Shown here piece after piece: positions 17,625-26,125 of a DNA stretch of 64,000 nt. Below the pieces are notes generated by a model. The model worked only from the letters and a program-made list of their open reading frames with translations. It was not told the DNA's origin and did no database searches. The DNA is from Candidatus Chewarchaeum aethiopicum. GTDB taxonomy: Archaea > Halobacteriota > Halobacteria > Halobacteriales > Hikarchaeaceae. Made by a program: the position numbers and the translations under genes. The stretch spans positions 3,679-67,678 of the forward strand of contig JAXINS010000015.1 in assembly GCA_034190395.1 (NCBI GenBank), in the 5' to 3' direction. Within the stretch, counting starts at the first letter, position 1. The number at the start of each line of letters is the position of its first letter.

Positions 17625-18605
17625 TTACAAGGACCCTTGTTGTTCATCGAGCAGCGGTAGACTCGCAAGCCGAATCGCCGCGAACGCCGTATACCCTGCC
17701 GAGGAATCCCCGCCGGTCAATCGCGCGTAGTGAGCCTCAGTCATCCCCTCGATATCGGCGACGGGGATGTATCGGATGACAGTCCCATCAGTATCGAACT
17801 CGAAGATCAGATAGGCCTGTGGGAACGACCCGGTCGCGGGGGTGGTTATCTCCCGAGCAGGTCCCGTTTGAGCGATCCCGACGTTGTGGAGATGACCGGT
17901 AATGACAAGCGGTACTGACTGCTCGGTCAACACCTCCATGAGGGGTTCGGGATCACGCATGATCGGCGGTAGGTCCATCTCAGAATAGGCTAACGATTGC
18001 AGCGTTCGGAACTGCTCGTACATCGCCGGTGTATTATGATGCATGAGCACTACCGGGGTTTCGAGTTCCGGCAGTGTCTTCTCTAACCAGGTGATGTCCG
18101 TATCCGATACAGCACCATCGTGTGTCCGTCGCAGCGATCCATCGGATCGGGAGGCAGTATTCAGAGCGACGATATCCAGTTCACCGACTTCCTCGACGAA
18201 CGGATACGAATCGGGCGCATATTTTCGTTCGAACTGATCGATCGGTGGTGTGTCGTGGTCGTCCCCGTGTTCGTACTCGTCGGTCGATGCCTTTGGCACG
18301 TCGTGGTTTCCGGGAACGCTGAAAAACGGGGTTTCGAGTTCTGTAAGGAGTTGATCGAGCTGTTCGTACTCCCACGGCGCGCCGTCTTTGGTGAGATCAC
18401 CTGCCGAAATAATGGCGTCGACGTTCCGCCGTTCGGCATCCATAAGGGCCGTTCGAAGTCGGTCGACCGCTCGATGATACACCATCGCAGTTCCTTCGGC
18501 ACGGGGCGTGACATGGGGATCTGCGACGACAGCGATCCGTGTTCGGCTCTCGACCTTTGGTGCTGTGAGACGAGCGACGACCGCATCCGAATTTACACGA
18601 TGCAT
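17625..18605 (-). CDS. calcineurin-like metallophosphoesterase
   Basis: Motifs VVADPHV, AGDLTKDG, PGNHDV, MHHN, GHLH in canonical order. Paralog of 50746-51675. Confidence 0.85.
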   Translation of the reverse strand: MHRVNSDAVVARLTAPKVESRTRIAVVADPHVTPRAEGTAMVYHRAVDRLRTALMDAERRNVDAIISAGDLTKDGAPWEYEQLDQLLTELETPFFSVPGNHDVPKASTDEYEHGDDHDTPPIDQFERKYAPDSYPFVEEVGELDIVALNTASRSDGSLRRTHDGAVSDTDITWLEKTLPELETPVVLMHHNTPAMYEQFRTLQSLAYSEMDLPPIMRDPEPLMEVLTEQSVPLVITGHLHNVGIAQTGPAREITTPATGSFPQAYLIFEFDTDGTVIRYIPVADIEGMTEAHYARLTGGDSSAGYTAFAAIRLASLPLLDEQQGSL

Positions 18606-18809
18606 CGTGGCTCCCCGATCGGTCGGCCGGATGTAAACATCTTATAATAGCTCTATAGTTCCACCAGTAGCAATCGTATTTTCGGTCTCTCGATCGGTCG
18701 GTGGTGTCTCATATAAAACGGCCGAGAAGCGCGTCCTGAACTACGGAGTGAGTTATTCGACGTGAGAATTAGCCAAGAGACTTTTATTACTTAGTCCATT
18801 ACGACGATT

Positions 18810-18971
18810 ATGCCATCCCCGCTTGCCCTGAGCCAACCGACAATCGCCGGCGGGTTAGTCGTCCTGCTGGTACTTATCATGCTCCGGTACATCGATCGGA
18901 TCGTCGATGTGATCGTCTCGGTGGATGATTCTTCGACTTCCGACCCGTTTGAGGGGTCGGAGTCGTCGTAA
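18810..18971 (+). CDS. candidate small membrane protein (53 aa)
   Basis: My own translation: MPSPLALSQPTIAGGLVVLLVLIMLRYIDRIVDVIVSVDDSSTSDPFEGSESS. One TM helix plus an acidic tail. TATA-like TTTTATTA at 18782-18789, about 24 nt upstream of the ATG (leaderless geometry). Confidence 0.3.
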   Translation: MPSPLALSQPTIAGGLVVLLVLIMLRYIDRIVDVIVSVDDSSTSDPFEGSESS

Positions 18972-19493
18972 TGGTTGTCGGTAGCCAAACGCGATTGGCT
19001 GATTGCTTTCTTAACTCAGCGATTGCGTAACTGTCTGCCTGTTTGTACGGGCGGTTTACCGAGCGATCGTCGGGATTGACGTTGAGTTTTCAACATTCGG
19101 TGGGGCGTGCAGATGTCATCAATCCCGACGGATCGTAGATGGGGCTATAACCACAGGTAGTGAGGTGATAGCCGGTTCGTCGTTGTGCCCGATCGACTTC
19201 GATATGTCACCAGTGATCTGAGAGCCGATCATTGCGGGCACAACCAAACCGGCGGTCAAGTTATGTTTGAGAGTTGCTATTTGCCGACTATATGTCAACA
19301 AATAACATAATACTCACTTCGACTGTTTGTCGCCATCTCGACTTACGGTGGCTGGCCATCGAACGGTTGCATCTCCCGCTTTAGCAGCTACGTTGGCCGT
19401 CTTCATTCTTGACCCGACTGCTGGTTTTCCCAACGCAGAGGAACGGTCAGAACCCTTAATATAGAGCACAATATAGGCCTAAATAGAACTATA

Positions 19494-19700
19494 ATGACAA
19501 ACGTAATTGGCAACCGGCCGCTACGGCAAGAGGTCGTTTGGCTGTTCGGACTCGTCACGGTACTCGCCATGCTGCCATTCGTCGGACTAGCCTTTTTACT
19601 GGATGCTGTAATCCAGGAAGCGTTGACCGCCGTCCGTCACATCGGTCGAGCGCTTAACGGGCTGTGGTCGCCACCAGGTCCGAACTCCATGTCACGTTAA
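19494..19700 (+). CDS. candidate small membrane protein (68 aa)
   Basis: ATG ORF with a hydrophobic core (VVWLFGLVTVLAMLPFVGLAFLL). AT-rich TATA-like sequence 20-35 nt upstream. Confidence 0.35.
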   Translation: MTNVIGNRPLRQEVVWLFGLVTVLAMLPFVGLAFLLDAVIQEALTAVRHIGRALNGLWSPPGPNSMSR

Positions 19701-19885
19701 CACACCTTCGATCGTATCGATCGTTGACACCGAATCGGTAGAGTAGCATTTTACGTTATACCACGTCTCACGAACATCGGTGCTACCCGTGCTCTTCCGG
19801 ACTGTTGCCGATCGGCCGACGCAACGACCCGGATTGTCCCCTGGCGATCGGTTTGCTCACCAGATGGAGTGTCAGCAGTGACAGC

Positions 19886-20539
19886 CTAGTCGGCAGTCAG
19901 ATCGAACTGGGTCCACTCGCGGGTCTGATTGGGCAAGCCACTGGCCCGGAGTTCCACTCCAGCGGTGGTTTCTCGAACTGTGATCGTACCGGTACAGAAC
20001 TGTGAGAGAGTGTTGACGGCCTGCTCGTCGTGATTTGAAGGATCGATACAGAGAATCCCCAACCCATCGACCTTGTCGATCCGACCGATCAGCGTGTGGA
20101 TAAACCGCGAGACGGTCCTGAGATCGCTGTAGGCCAGCAGTGTCGACACCGAATATAGCCCGGTACGCACCCGGTTGACACCCGCCCGTTTGAACTCCAT
20201 ATAGAGATCGGAGAATCGCATCCCGATCCCGGTGAGGTCCGATGGGCCACCGACCGAGAGGAGACGCGCCGGTACCCGCTGTTCCTCACTGCCGACACAA
20301 TCGACGATCCCGGTGCTGTCTTCCTGAATTTCAAGCCCGGCCTGGCGTGAATCGTCGACGATCCGTGAGGCACGCCGGTTGGTGGTGACGATGATCGCTC
20401 CTTCGCCGGCTGGTCCCACGAGCATCCGATAGCCCAGGGCTCGCATCCCGCCATGGGTCGGTCCGGCGACCAGTACCGTCGATCCCGCCCGGATACCATC
20501 GAGTGGGAGCCCATCGAACACGTAGCTGTCATCACTCAT
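19886..20539 (-). CDS. KaiC/RecA-superfamily-like protein with a degenerate Walker A motif
   Basis: Fold-typical N-terminus FDGLPLDGIRAGSTVLVAGPTHGGMRALGYRML, where GPTHGGMR replaces GxxGxGK[ST]. Later VDCVG, DLTGIG and STLL blocks are typical of haloarchaeal KaiC-like signalling ATPases. 8-nt overlap (ATGAGTGA) with the upstream gene. Confidence 0.75.
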   Translation of the reverse strand: MSDDSYVFDGLPLDGIRAGSTVLVAGPTHGGMRALGYRMLVGPAGEGAIIVTTNRRASRIVDDSRQAGLEIQEDSTGIVDCVGSEEQRVPARLLSVGGPSDLTGIGMRFSDLYMEFKRAGVNRVRTGLYSVSTLLAYSDLRTVSRFIHTLIGRIDKVDGLGILCIDPSNHDEQAVNTLSQFCTGTITVRETTAGVELRASGLPNQTREWTQFDLTAD

Positions 20540-21419
20540 CGGTGGACCTCCCTTCTCCGTCGGTGAGCCGTCGCCGCAACTCGAGCTGTTCCATCGCTTC
20601 CTCGGCTAACAGCTTCAGTAACCGCTGCTCGCGATCGGTGAACGCTCGTGGTGTGTCGTCGTGGATACAAAACACCCCGATCGCGTGACCGTCCGGGGTG
20701 ATCAACGGCGCGCCGGCATAGAATTCGATGCCGGCGTCGGCGAGCCCTTCGTTTTCCATAAATCGAGGATCTTCCGGCACGTTCTCGATGACGGTCACTT
20801 CCGGATCGAGAATCGCGTAGGTACAGATCGATGCTTCCCGGTCGAGCGTCCCGAAGGACGCGCCGTGACAGCCGAGAAAGCGTTCGTGGTGGGCATCGAT
20901 GAGGCCGATCCCGGCGGAATTGACCCCAAACAGGGCGGTTGCGAGTTCACTCAACCGATCGAGCGAGGTGCCAAGCGACTCCGGATCGGTTGCGTACCGA
21001 TCGAGCGCGGCCACTCGGGCCTCCTCGTTGTTCGGTAGCGGATACGCGGTCTGGCTCTGAAACGCGAGGCTGTGCTCGATCAGAGCAACGAGTTCCTCGC
21101 GGGCGGCTGGAACGTCCTTTCCGAGATACTCCGCGATCATTCCATCGTACGCTTCCGTTTCGATCTCTTCGAGGGGTGTCGCCGTAAAGAGGATACATGC
21201 CGCATCAGGATCGGTCTGACGGACTTCCTCGATGAGTTCGAGTCCGGTCCCGTCGGGGAGGCTGTATTCGGTCACCAGACATTCGACATCCTCGGCGGTC
21301 TGTAACAGCTCCCGGGCATCCGCAATGGATTCGCCCCCCTGTGTCGTAAATCCCGCCTCAGAGAGCGCCGCTTCTGTCGTGGCACGGGCGGATGCGTCGG
21401 GATCGACGCTGATGATCAT
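20532..21419 (-). CDS. response-regulator receiver plus GAF domain protein
   Basis: Receiver: MIISVDPD..., CLVTEYSLPDGTG, LFTAT, YLGK. GAF: NEEARVAALDRY...DPRF...FYAGAPL...GVFCIHD..PR. ATG at 21419 preferred over the GTG at 21443. Confidence 0.85.
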   Translation of the reverse strand: MIISVDPDASARATTEAALSEAGFTTQGGESIADARELLQTAEDVECLVTEYSLPDGTGLELIEEVRQTDPDAACILFTATPLEEIETEAYDGMIAEYLGKDVPAAREELVALIEHSLAFQSQTAYPLPNNEEARVAALDRYATDPESLGTSLDRLSELATALFGVNSAGIGLIDAHHERFLGCHGASFGTLDREASICTYAILDPEVTVIENVPEDPRFMENEGLADAGIEFYAGAPLITPDGHAIGVFCIHDDTPRAFTDREQRLLKLLAEEAMEQLELRRRLTDGEGRSTDE

Positions 21420-21595
21420 ACACTCCCTGTTGGTGAGCCCCACGAAGGAATACTTTGGTCCACTATTTCTCCGTTGCCCACCATCGCCTTGATGGGGTGT
21501 CGTCTCGATCCACGTCTCCCGATAGCCCGATCAGCGAATGACCCGAGCAAGACAGCCCACCTTCGACGTCCGGATCCGCCTCCCCTTGCGGACGG

Positions 21596-21727
21596 TCACC
21601 GGAGTCGTTGCCGGTTGCCACACTCGGCACACTCGAGAAGCGGGACCATCGCTGCCTGATCGGAGACGTGGGTCCATTCCTCATCCCGCATCGGGTCGCT
21701 CGTTTGTTCACACTGTTGGCATTTCAT
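21596..21727 (-). CDS. small zinc-ribbon protein (43 aa, CxxC-x25-CxxCG)
   Basis: MKCQQCEQTSDPMRDEEWTHVSDQAAMVPLLECAECGNRQRLR. This is the internal ATG of track ORF 21596-21805 and lies 2 nt after the stop of the upstream micro-ORF. Confidence 0.5.
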   Translation of the reverse strand: MKCQQCEQTSDPMRDEEWTHVSDQAAMVPLLECAECGNRQRLR

Positions 21728-21729
21728 GA

Positions 21730-21867
21730 TCAGATAAAGTCGTTGCTGCCACAGGCCTGACAGTTCGTCGGCGGTTCGTCGTAATCCGTTCCACAGAGTG
21801 CACATTCGACCGACTGCTCGGCGTCCGATAGCAACGATACCGCTGTGATGAGTCGTTTGAGGCGCAT
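21730..21867 (-). CDS. small zinc-ribbon protein (45 aa, CxxCG-x11-CxxCG)
   Basis: My own translation: MRLKRLITAVSLLSDAEQSVECALCGTDYDEPPTNCQACGSNDFI. Below the 60-aa cutoff of the ORF track. Confidence 0.5.
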   Translation of the reverse strand: MRLKRLITAVSLLSDAEQSVECALCGTDYDEPPTNCQACGSNDFI

Positions 21868-22179
21868 GGTCCGGTCGGAAATCCGTCTGGAAGTTCGGTA
21901 TTGTCGGTCCGTGATTATCGTTAGTATGTCAATCTATCAAAACTTTGTATTTCCTCTATAGAGTGCTATATACTTATATCCTATCCACGGATAAACGCAG
22001 TACTACGCCAGCGCGACTCTATTAGTCGGCTGTATCGGATAGCGATCACAGTGGACAACATGATCGATCAATATTATTTCTGATTCCCAATTCGGCTGGT
22101 GCTATCGTGGCGATCTGATTTGCTTTCGTGGTGGCCACGCTTCAGCCAACTTTAGTACGAACCACTCGTTGTTCTCCGT

Positions 22180-23181
22180 GTGCGACGAGCCGTCCGGTTT
22201 TTGATCGGGACCGTCCTTGGCGGTGGTACCCTTGTCGCGTATCTGTTCACTGTCGGTTTCGACCGCGTTCTCCAACGGCTGGTGGCACTCCCAGCGTGGA
22301 CGATCCTGCTCGTCGGTGGACTGGTCGTCGCCGAAGGGCTCGCCGATTCCATCGGTGTCTGGGCATCCGTCCATCCACTCGGGGATGGCTTGTCGGGTTT
22401 CGAGAGCGTCCAGTTTGCGATGGCAGGTGATTTCTTTGATATTCTTAGCCCCGCTGGACCGGTCAGTTCCGAGCCGATCATGGCTCAGTTCATCGGCGTT
22501 TGTACCGAAACCAGCTACAGCGAAGCCCTCGGCGTTCGATCGGTCGCGAAATACGTCAAGGCCGCCGCCCAATTGCTTGTCTCGATTCTTCTCGGGGCTG
22601 TCGTGGTCGTTTTTGGTACGACCCCGCAGTCACTCCTCGTGTCGTTAGGGGTCGGCATTCTCGGACTGCTCGGGGTCGGGTTGGCGGTACTGTTCTTTCG
22701 GGAGCCGATTTCGACACTCGCCGTGGCCGTCTTAGCCCCGATCGTTTCTCGGATCAGTGCGCTGTATCGCGATGAACCGTATGACCGATCCGCTATCGAA
22801 ACGGCCGTGACTCGATTCTGGATCCGGGTTGGACAGTTTCGAACGACCCCCGGCCTATTGGGCCTGATCGCGATTGGTGGTGTCCTCGAACAGGTGTTGA
22901 CCGCGACTGCCCTGTGGGTTGCACTTCTGGGGAGTGGTGATCCCGTTGTCTGGCTCCCACTGGTCGTTATCATCCCGCTCCCACAGATCGCCAGTGTCGT
23001 GCCGATCCCCGCGAGCCTGGGTGCGTATGATATCCTCCTTGGCGGTGCGATCGGCCTCGTGACGGGCGTTTCACCAGTCGTGGCAGCCGCGGCGGTCCTG
23101 CTCGTTCGATCGCTTACCATTCCATTTGGACTGACCGTCGGTGGGTTTGCCGTTGCGTTTCTCCGGGGCTGGCGGCCCTGA
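22180..23181 (+). CDS. polytopic membrane protein, flippase-like / lysylphosphatidylglycerol-synthase TM-region (UPF0104) type
   Basis: 333 aa, about 8 TM helices, N-terminus RRAVRFLIGTVLGGGTLVAYLF typical of this family. GTG start. Confidence 0.65.
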   Translation: MRRAVRFLIGTVLGGGTLVAYLFTVGFDRVLQRLVALPAWTILLVGGLVVAEGLADSIGVWASVHPLGDGLSGFESVQFAMAGDFFDILSPAGPVSSEPIMAQFIGVCTETSYSEALGVRSVAKYVKAAAQLLVSILLGAVVVVFGTTPQSLLVSLGVGILGLLGVGLAVLFFREPISTLAVAVLAPIVSRISALYRDEPYDRSAIETAVTRFWIRVGQFRTTPGLLGLIAIGGVLEQVLTATALWVALLGSGDPVVWLPLVVIIPLPQIASVVPIPASLGAYDILLGGAIGLVTGVSPVVAAAAVLLVRSLTIPFGLTVGGFAVAFLRGWRP

Positions 23182-23301
23182 TTCTCCCCTCGTCGAATTC
23201 TTTCCCTTGAGGTCGGAGGCGGGCATGGCTTGATATCGATGAGGGGGACCCAAACTGACTACATTTGGTCCGATGGTGATCCTCGGATGCCTATGCGGTA
23301 G

Positions 23302-24366
23302 TCACTCGGTCAACAGCTCGTCGGCGGTCCGGAGGGCATCCGACGCCATCGCGGGCGTGACCGACTGAGGTTGATTGGTCATGGTCGTATCCTCCGTACA
23401 GGCTTCTCGTGCGATCGTCTCGACGGCATCAGCGGCACCCATCTCGGTTAGTGAGACCGCGAGATCGAGCTCCCGACAGAGTTCGATGACCTCGCTTCGA
23501 GTCTCCCGATCGCGATCCTCGAGCAGGAGCTGGGCGATCGTCCCGAACGCGATCTGGACGCCGTGGGGGGCGGTAACGCCAGCTCGGGAGAACCCCTTGG
23601 CGAACGCGTGGGCCGCCGCGAGGCCGCCGCTCTCGAACCCGAGCCCCGACAGCAGCGTGTTCGCTTCGATCACGGCCGCAACCGACGCCGTAACGGCATC
23701 CCGGCGGACGGCCGCTATCGCCGCCTTTCCGTCCTCACGAATCGTTGTGTAACACTCCGACGCGAGCAGTCGGGCGGTCCGGGACGCCTCCTCACCGGCG
23801 TGCGTCCCGGCACCCGCCTGAGTTGCCGCCTCGACTTCGAATCGGGTCGCGAGGGCATCCCCCATCCCGTGACGGAGGAACCGAACCGGTGCTGAGGCGA
23901 TGACTTCGGTGTCGACCGCCACCACCTCCGGGTTTGTATTTCGCTGGACGTAGCCGTCAAACTCCCCCGCCTCGTCATAGACGACCGCGACCGTGCTACA
24001 GGGAGCGTCGGTGCTCGCGACGGTTGGCACGGTCACCAGCTCCGCTTCGATTCGCTGGGCGACGGCCTTGCCCGTATCCAGTGCCTTCCCGCCGCCGACG
24101 GCGACGATCACCTCCGCGCCAGTCGCTGCCTCCACGAGTCTGTCGATCACCGCGAACGTACACGCGTCGACGCCGGGTTCGATGTCCCCGACGGCGATAT
24201 CGGCCGCGTCGAGACCGGTCGTAAGCGCCGATTCGACGGCCCCGATGGCGGTCTCCCCGCCGAGGACGAATGCCTCGGTCCCGGTGAGCGGTGCGTAGGT
24301 GCCCCCGTCGGTGAGCACGTCCCGCCCCTGGACATACGATGCTGGGGCGATCAGCCGGGCGGCCAC
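23302..24366 (-). CDS. iron-containing alcohol dehydrogenase family, glycerol dehydrogenase-like
   Basis: APASYVQGRDVL..., VAVGGGKALDTGKAVA, TVASTDAP, HGMGDALAT, AHAFAKG. Start reassigned to GTG 24366, 1 nt after the upstream TGA, because the track ORF extends 168 aa into the neighbouring gene. Confidence 0.85.
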   Translation of the reverse strand: MAARLIAPASYVQGRDVLTDGGTYAPLTGTEAFVLGGETAIGAVESALTTGLDAADIAVGDIEPGVDACTFAVIDRLVEAATGAEVIVAVGGGKALDTGKAVAQRIEAELVTVPTVASTDAPCSTVAVVYDEAGEFDGYVQRNTNPEVVAVDTEVIASAPVRFLRHGMGDALATRFEVEAATQAGAGTHAGEEASRTARLLASECYTTIREDGKAAIAAVRRDAVTASVAAVIEANTLLSGLGFESGGLAAAHAFAKGFSRAGVTAPHGVQIAFGTIAQLLLEDRDRETRSEVIELCRELDLAVSLTEMGAADAVETIAREACTEDTTMTNQPQSVTPAMASDALRTADELLTE

Positions 24367-24367
24367 C

Positions 24368-25498
24368 TCAGACCCCCCAGGGATGGATCGTCGCCCGGTA
24401 GGCGTCGCCGCTGGCCTGTTTCTCGTACGCTTCCTCGGCGTCGTCGAACCCGACGCGGTAGTTGAACAGGTCGCCAAACGGGACCTCGTCGGCCAGTTGA
24501 TCAAGTAGGGCGATCCCGGTCTCGAACTGCGTGGGGGGATACGCGAGACTGCCCCGGATATCGATGTCCTTCTGGACGATCCGTGTGGGGTTGATATCGA
24601 CCTCACCGCTGTAGGCGTAATGGCCGACCTCGACAACGGTCCCGCCGTCACGGACGAACTCGATACTCTGTCGGAACGCCTCGGGTTGACCGGCCGCCTC
24701 GATAACGACATCCGCCCCCACGCTACCGGGGGTGCGATCGTGGATCGTTTCGGCGAGGGCGGCGGTGTCCTCGTGGGCCGTGAGGTCGACGGTGTCAGTG
24801 GCGCCGAACTCGGTGGCGAGGTCCAACCGTTCGTCGATGGCATCGACGGCGATGACCTGGCCGGCTCCACCCGCGTGGGCAGCGCTCATCGTCAACAGCC
24901 CGATGGGACCGGCGCCCTGGACGACGACGCTCTTGCCGATCCCAAAGCCCTCCCGGGCGTCGGGTTGGCCGGGTGGATAGCCCCGTTCGAGGGCCCGGGT
25001 TGCGACCGCGAGCGGCTCGACGAGTGCCCCCAGCTCCGGGTCGAGGTGCTCTGGGAGCCGATAGAACGAGCCGGCCTCGTCGACGATCATGTACTGGCTG
25101 AACCCGCCGTGGGCTCGCTGGCCGTATTCGGCGTTCATAAACCCGTAGACGTCCCGGTTCCGGCAGGTCGTCGGTCGGCTCGGCACGTTCTGACAGAACC
25201 AACACTCCCCACAGACCGTACCCGGGACGATCGCGATCGTATCACCCTCGGCGATCGGATCGCCCCGCGAATCGGTCGTCACGTCCACCCCCATCGCCTC
25301 GATCGTCCCGGCCATCTCGTGGCCGGGGACCACCGGGAAATCAAGCTCCATGCCGCCCTCATACATGTGGACATCCGAGCCACAGATCCCGCTGAGGGTG
25401 ATTTTGACGCGCAGTTCCTCACTCCCTAAGGCCGGCAGTTCGATCGTCTGCTCCCGTAGTTCCCCCGGCTCCTCCATGACGAGCGTTCGGGTCTCCAT
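24368..25498 (-). CDS. zinc-dependent alcohol dehydrogenase (MDR superfamily)
   Basis: GICGSDVH, PGHEMAGTIE, a CGxCxxC block, and VVQGAGPIGLL Rossmann motif. ATG 25498 (METRTLV...) preferred because the track start at 25540 is TTG inside a TATA-like TTGATAAAAG. Confidence 0.85.
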   Translation of the reverse strand: METRTLVMEEPGELREQTIELPALGSEELRVKITLSGICGSDVHMYEGGMELDFPVVPGHEMAGTIEAMGVDVTTDSRGDPIAEGDTIAIVPGTVCGECWFCQNVPSRPTTCRNRDVYGFMNAEYGQRAHGGFSQYMIVDEAGSFYRLPEHLDPELGALVEPLAVATRALERGYPPGQPDAREGFGIGKSVVVQGAGPIGLLTMSAAHAGGAGQVIAVDAIDERLDLATEFGATDTVDLTAHEDTAALAETIHDRTPGSVGADVVIEAAGQPEAFRQSIEFVRDGGTVVEVGHYAYSGEVDINPTRIVQKDIDIRGSLAYPPTQFETGIALLDQLADEVPFGDLFNYRVGFDDAEEAYEKQASGDAYRATIHPWGV

Positions 25499-25641
25499 GT
25501 GCCCGTACTCAGCCCTCACGTACTTTGGCGCTTTTATCAAAAAGTTGGCAGTTCATCCGCCAATACCGACACCTCGGCGCGTGGAGGTCTTACCGCGAAA
25601 GCAGGGAGAAAGCCAACGGCTTCATGAGTCGTGGGGGACGG

Positions 25642-26049
25642 TCAGTCGGCTAACCCTTCGTGTTCGGCGATCGGCGTTCGCCAGTCCTCCGGGATCGGGA
25701 TGGCGGTTTCCGTCTCGGGATCGAAGGCGATCAACACGACGTGTGCCGTCGCGGCCACCGTCCCGTCGGCTCGGATCGCATACTCGATGTCGAAACTCGA
25801 TTCACCCATGCCCGTGATGGTCTGGGCGACGGTGACCGTCTCGCCGAGTTGAATCGGCCGTTCGTACTCGATCTCCTGGGTGGCGATGGCGACGGGGGTC
25901 CGGTCGTGCCGTATGCCGACGATCTCCGCCCAGTAGTTCGTCCGCGCCTGTTCGAGGTAGCTGCAATAGACCGCTTGATTGACGTGACCGAACGGATCGA
26001 TATCCCGAAACTGCGGTTCGATCGTCGTCTCGAAGGTAAAGTCCGGCAT
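25642..26049 (-). CDS. acyl-CoA thioesterase, 4HBT/YbgC-like hotdog fold
   Basis: MPDFTFETTIEPQFRDIDPFGHVNQAVYCSYLEQAR is the family signature. ATG confirmed at 26049. Confidence 0.8.
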   Translation of the reverse strand: MPDFTFETTIEPQFRDIDPFGHVNQAVYCSYLEQARTNYWAEIVGIRHDRTPVAIATQEIEYERPIQLGETVTVAQTITGMGESSFDIEYAIRADGTVAATAHVVLIAFDPETETAIPIPEDWRTPIAEHEGLAD

Positions 26050-26125
26050 GCCAGCGACTGGATGATCGGATGGCAAAGGCCTGGTGGTGAGCTCCTCGAA
26101 CGGCCATGGTGGCTCCTCGGTGGTC

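Noticed and set aside
18791-18988. 65-aa minus-strand ORF
   Set aside because: The opposite-strand 53-aa ORF has a TM helix and a correctly spaced TATA box. The minus-strand product has no recognisable feature. Both remain weak.
21868-22179. AT-rich region as a possible replication origin
   Set aside because: No repeated ORB-like elements flank an unwinding region, and no orc1/cdc6 gene is adjacent. It is more simply a divergent promoter region.
24367-24870. 168-aa N-terminal extension of the glycerol-dehydrogenase-like ORF
   Set aside because: Overlaps the 3-prime end of the Zn-ADH gene in another frame and is Pro/Ser/Arg-rich. The family-typical N-terminus begins at GTG 24366.
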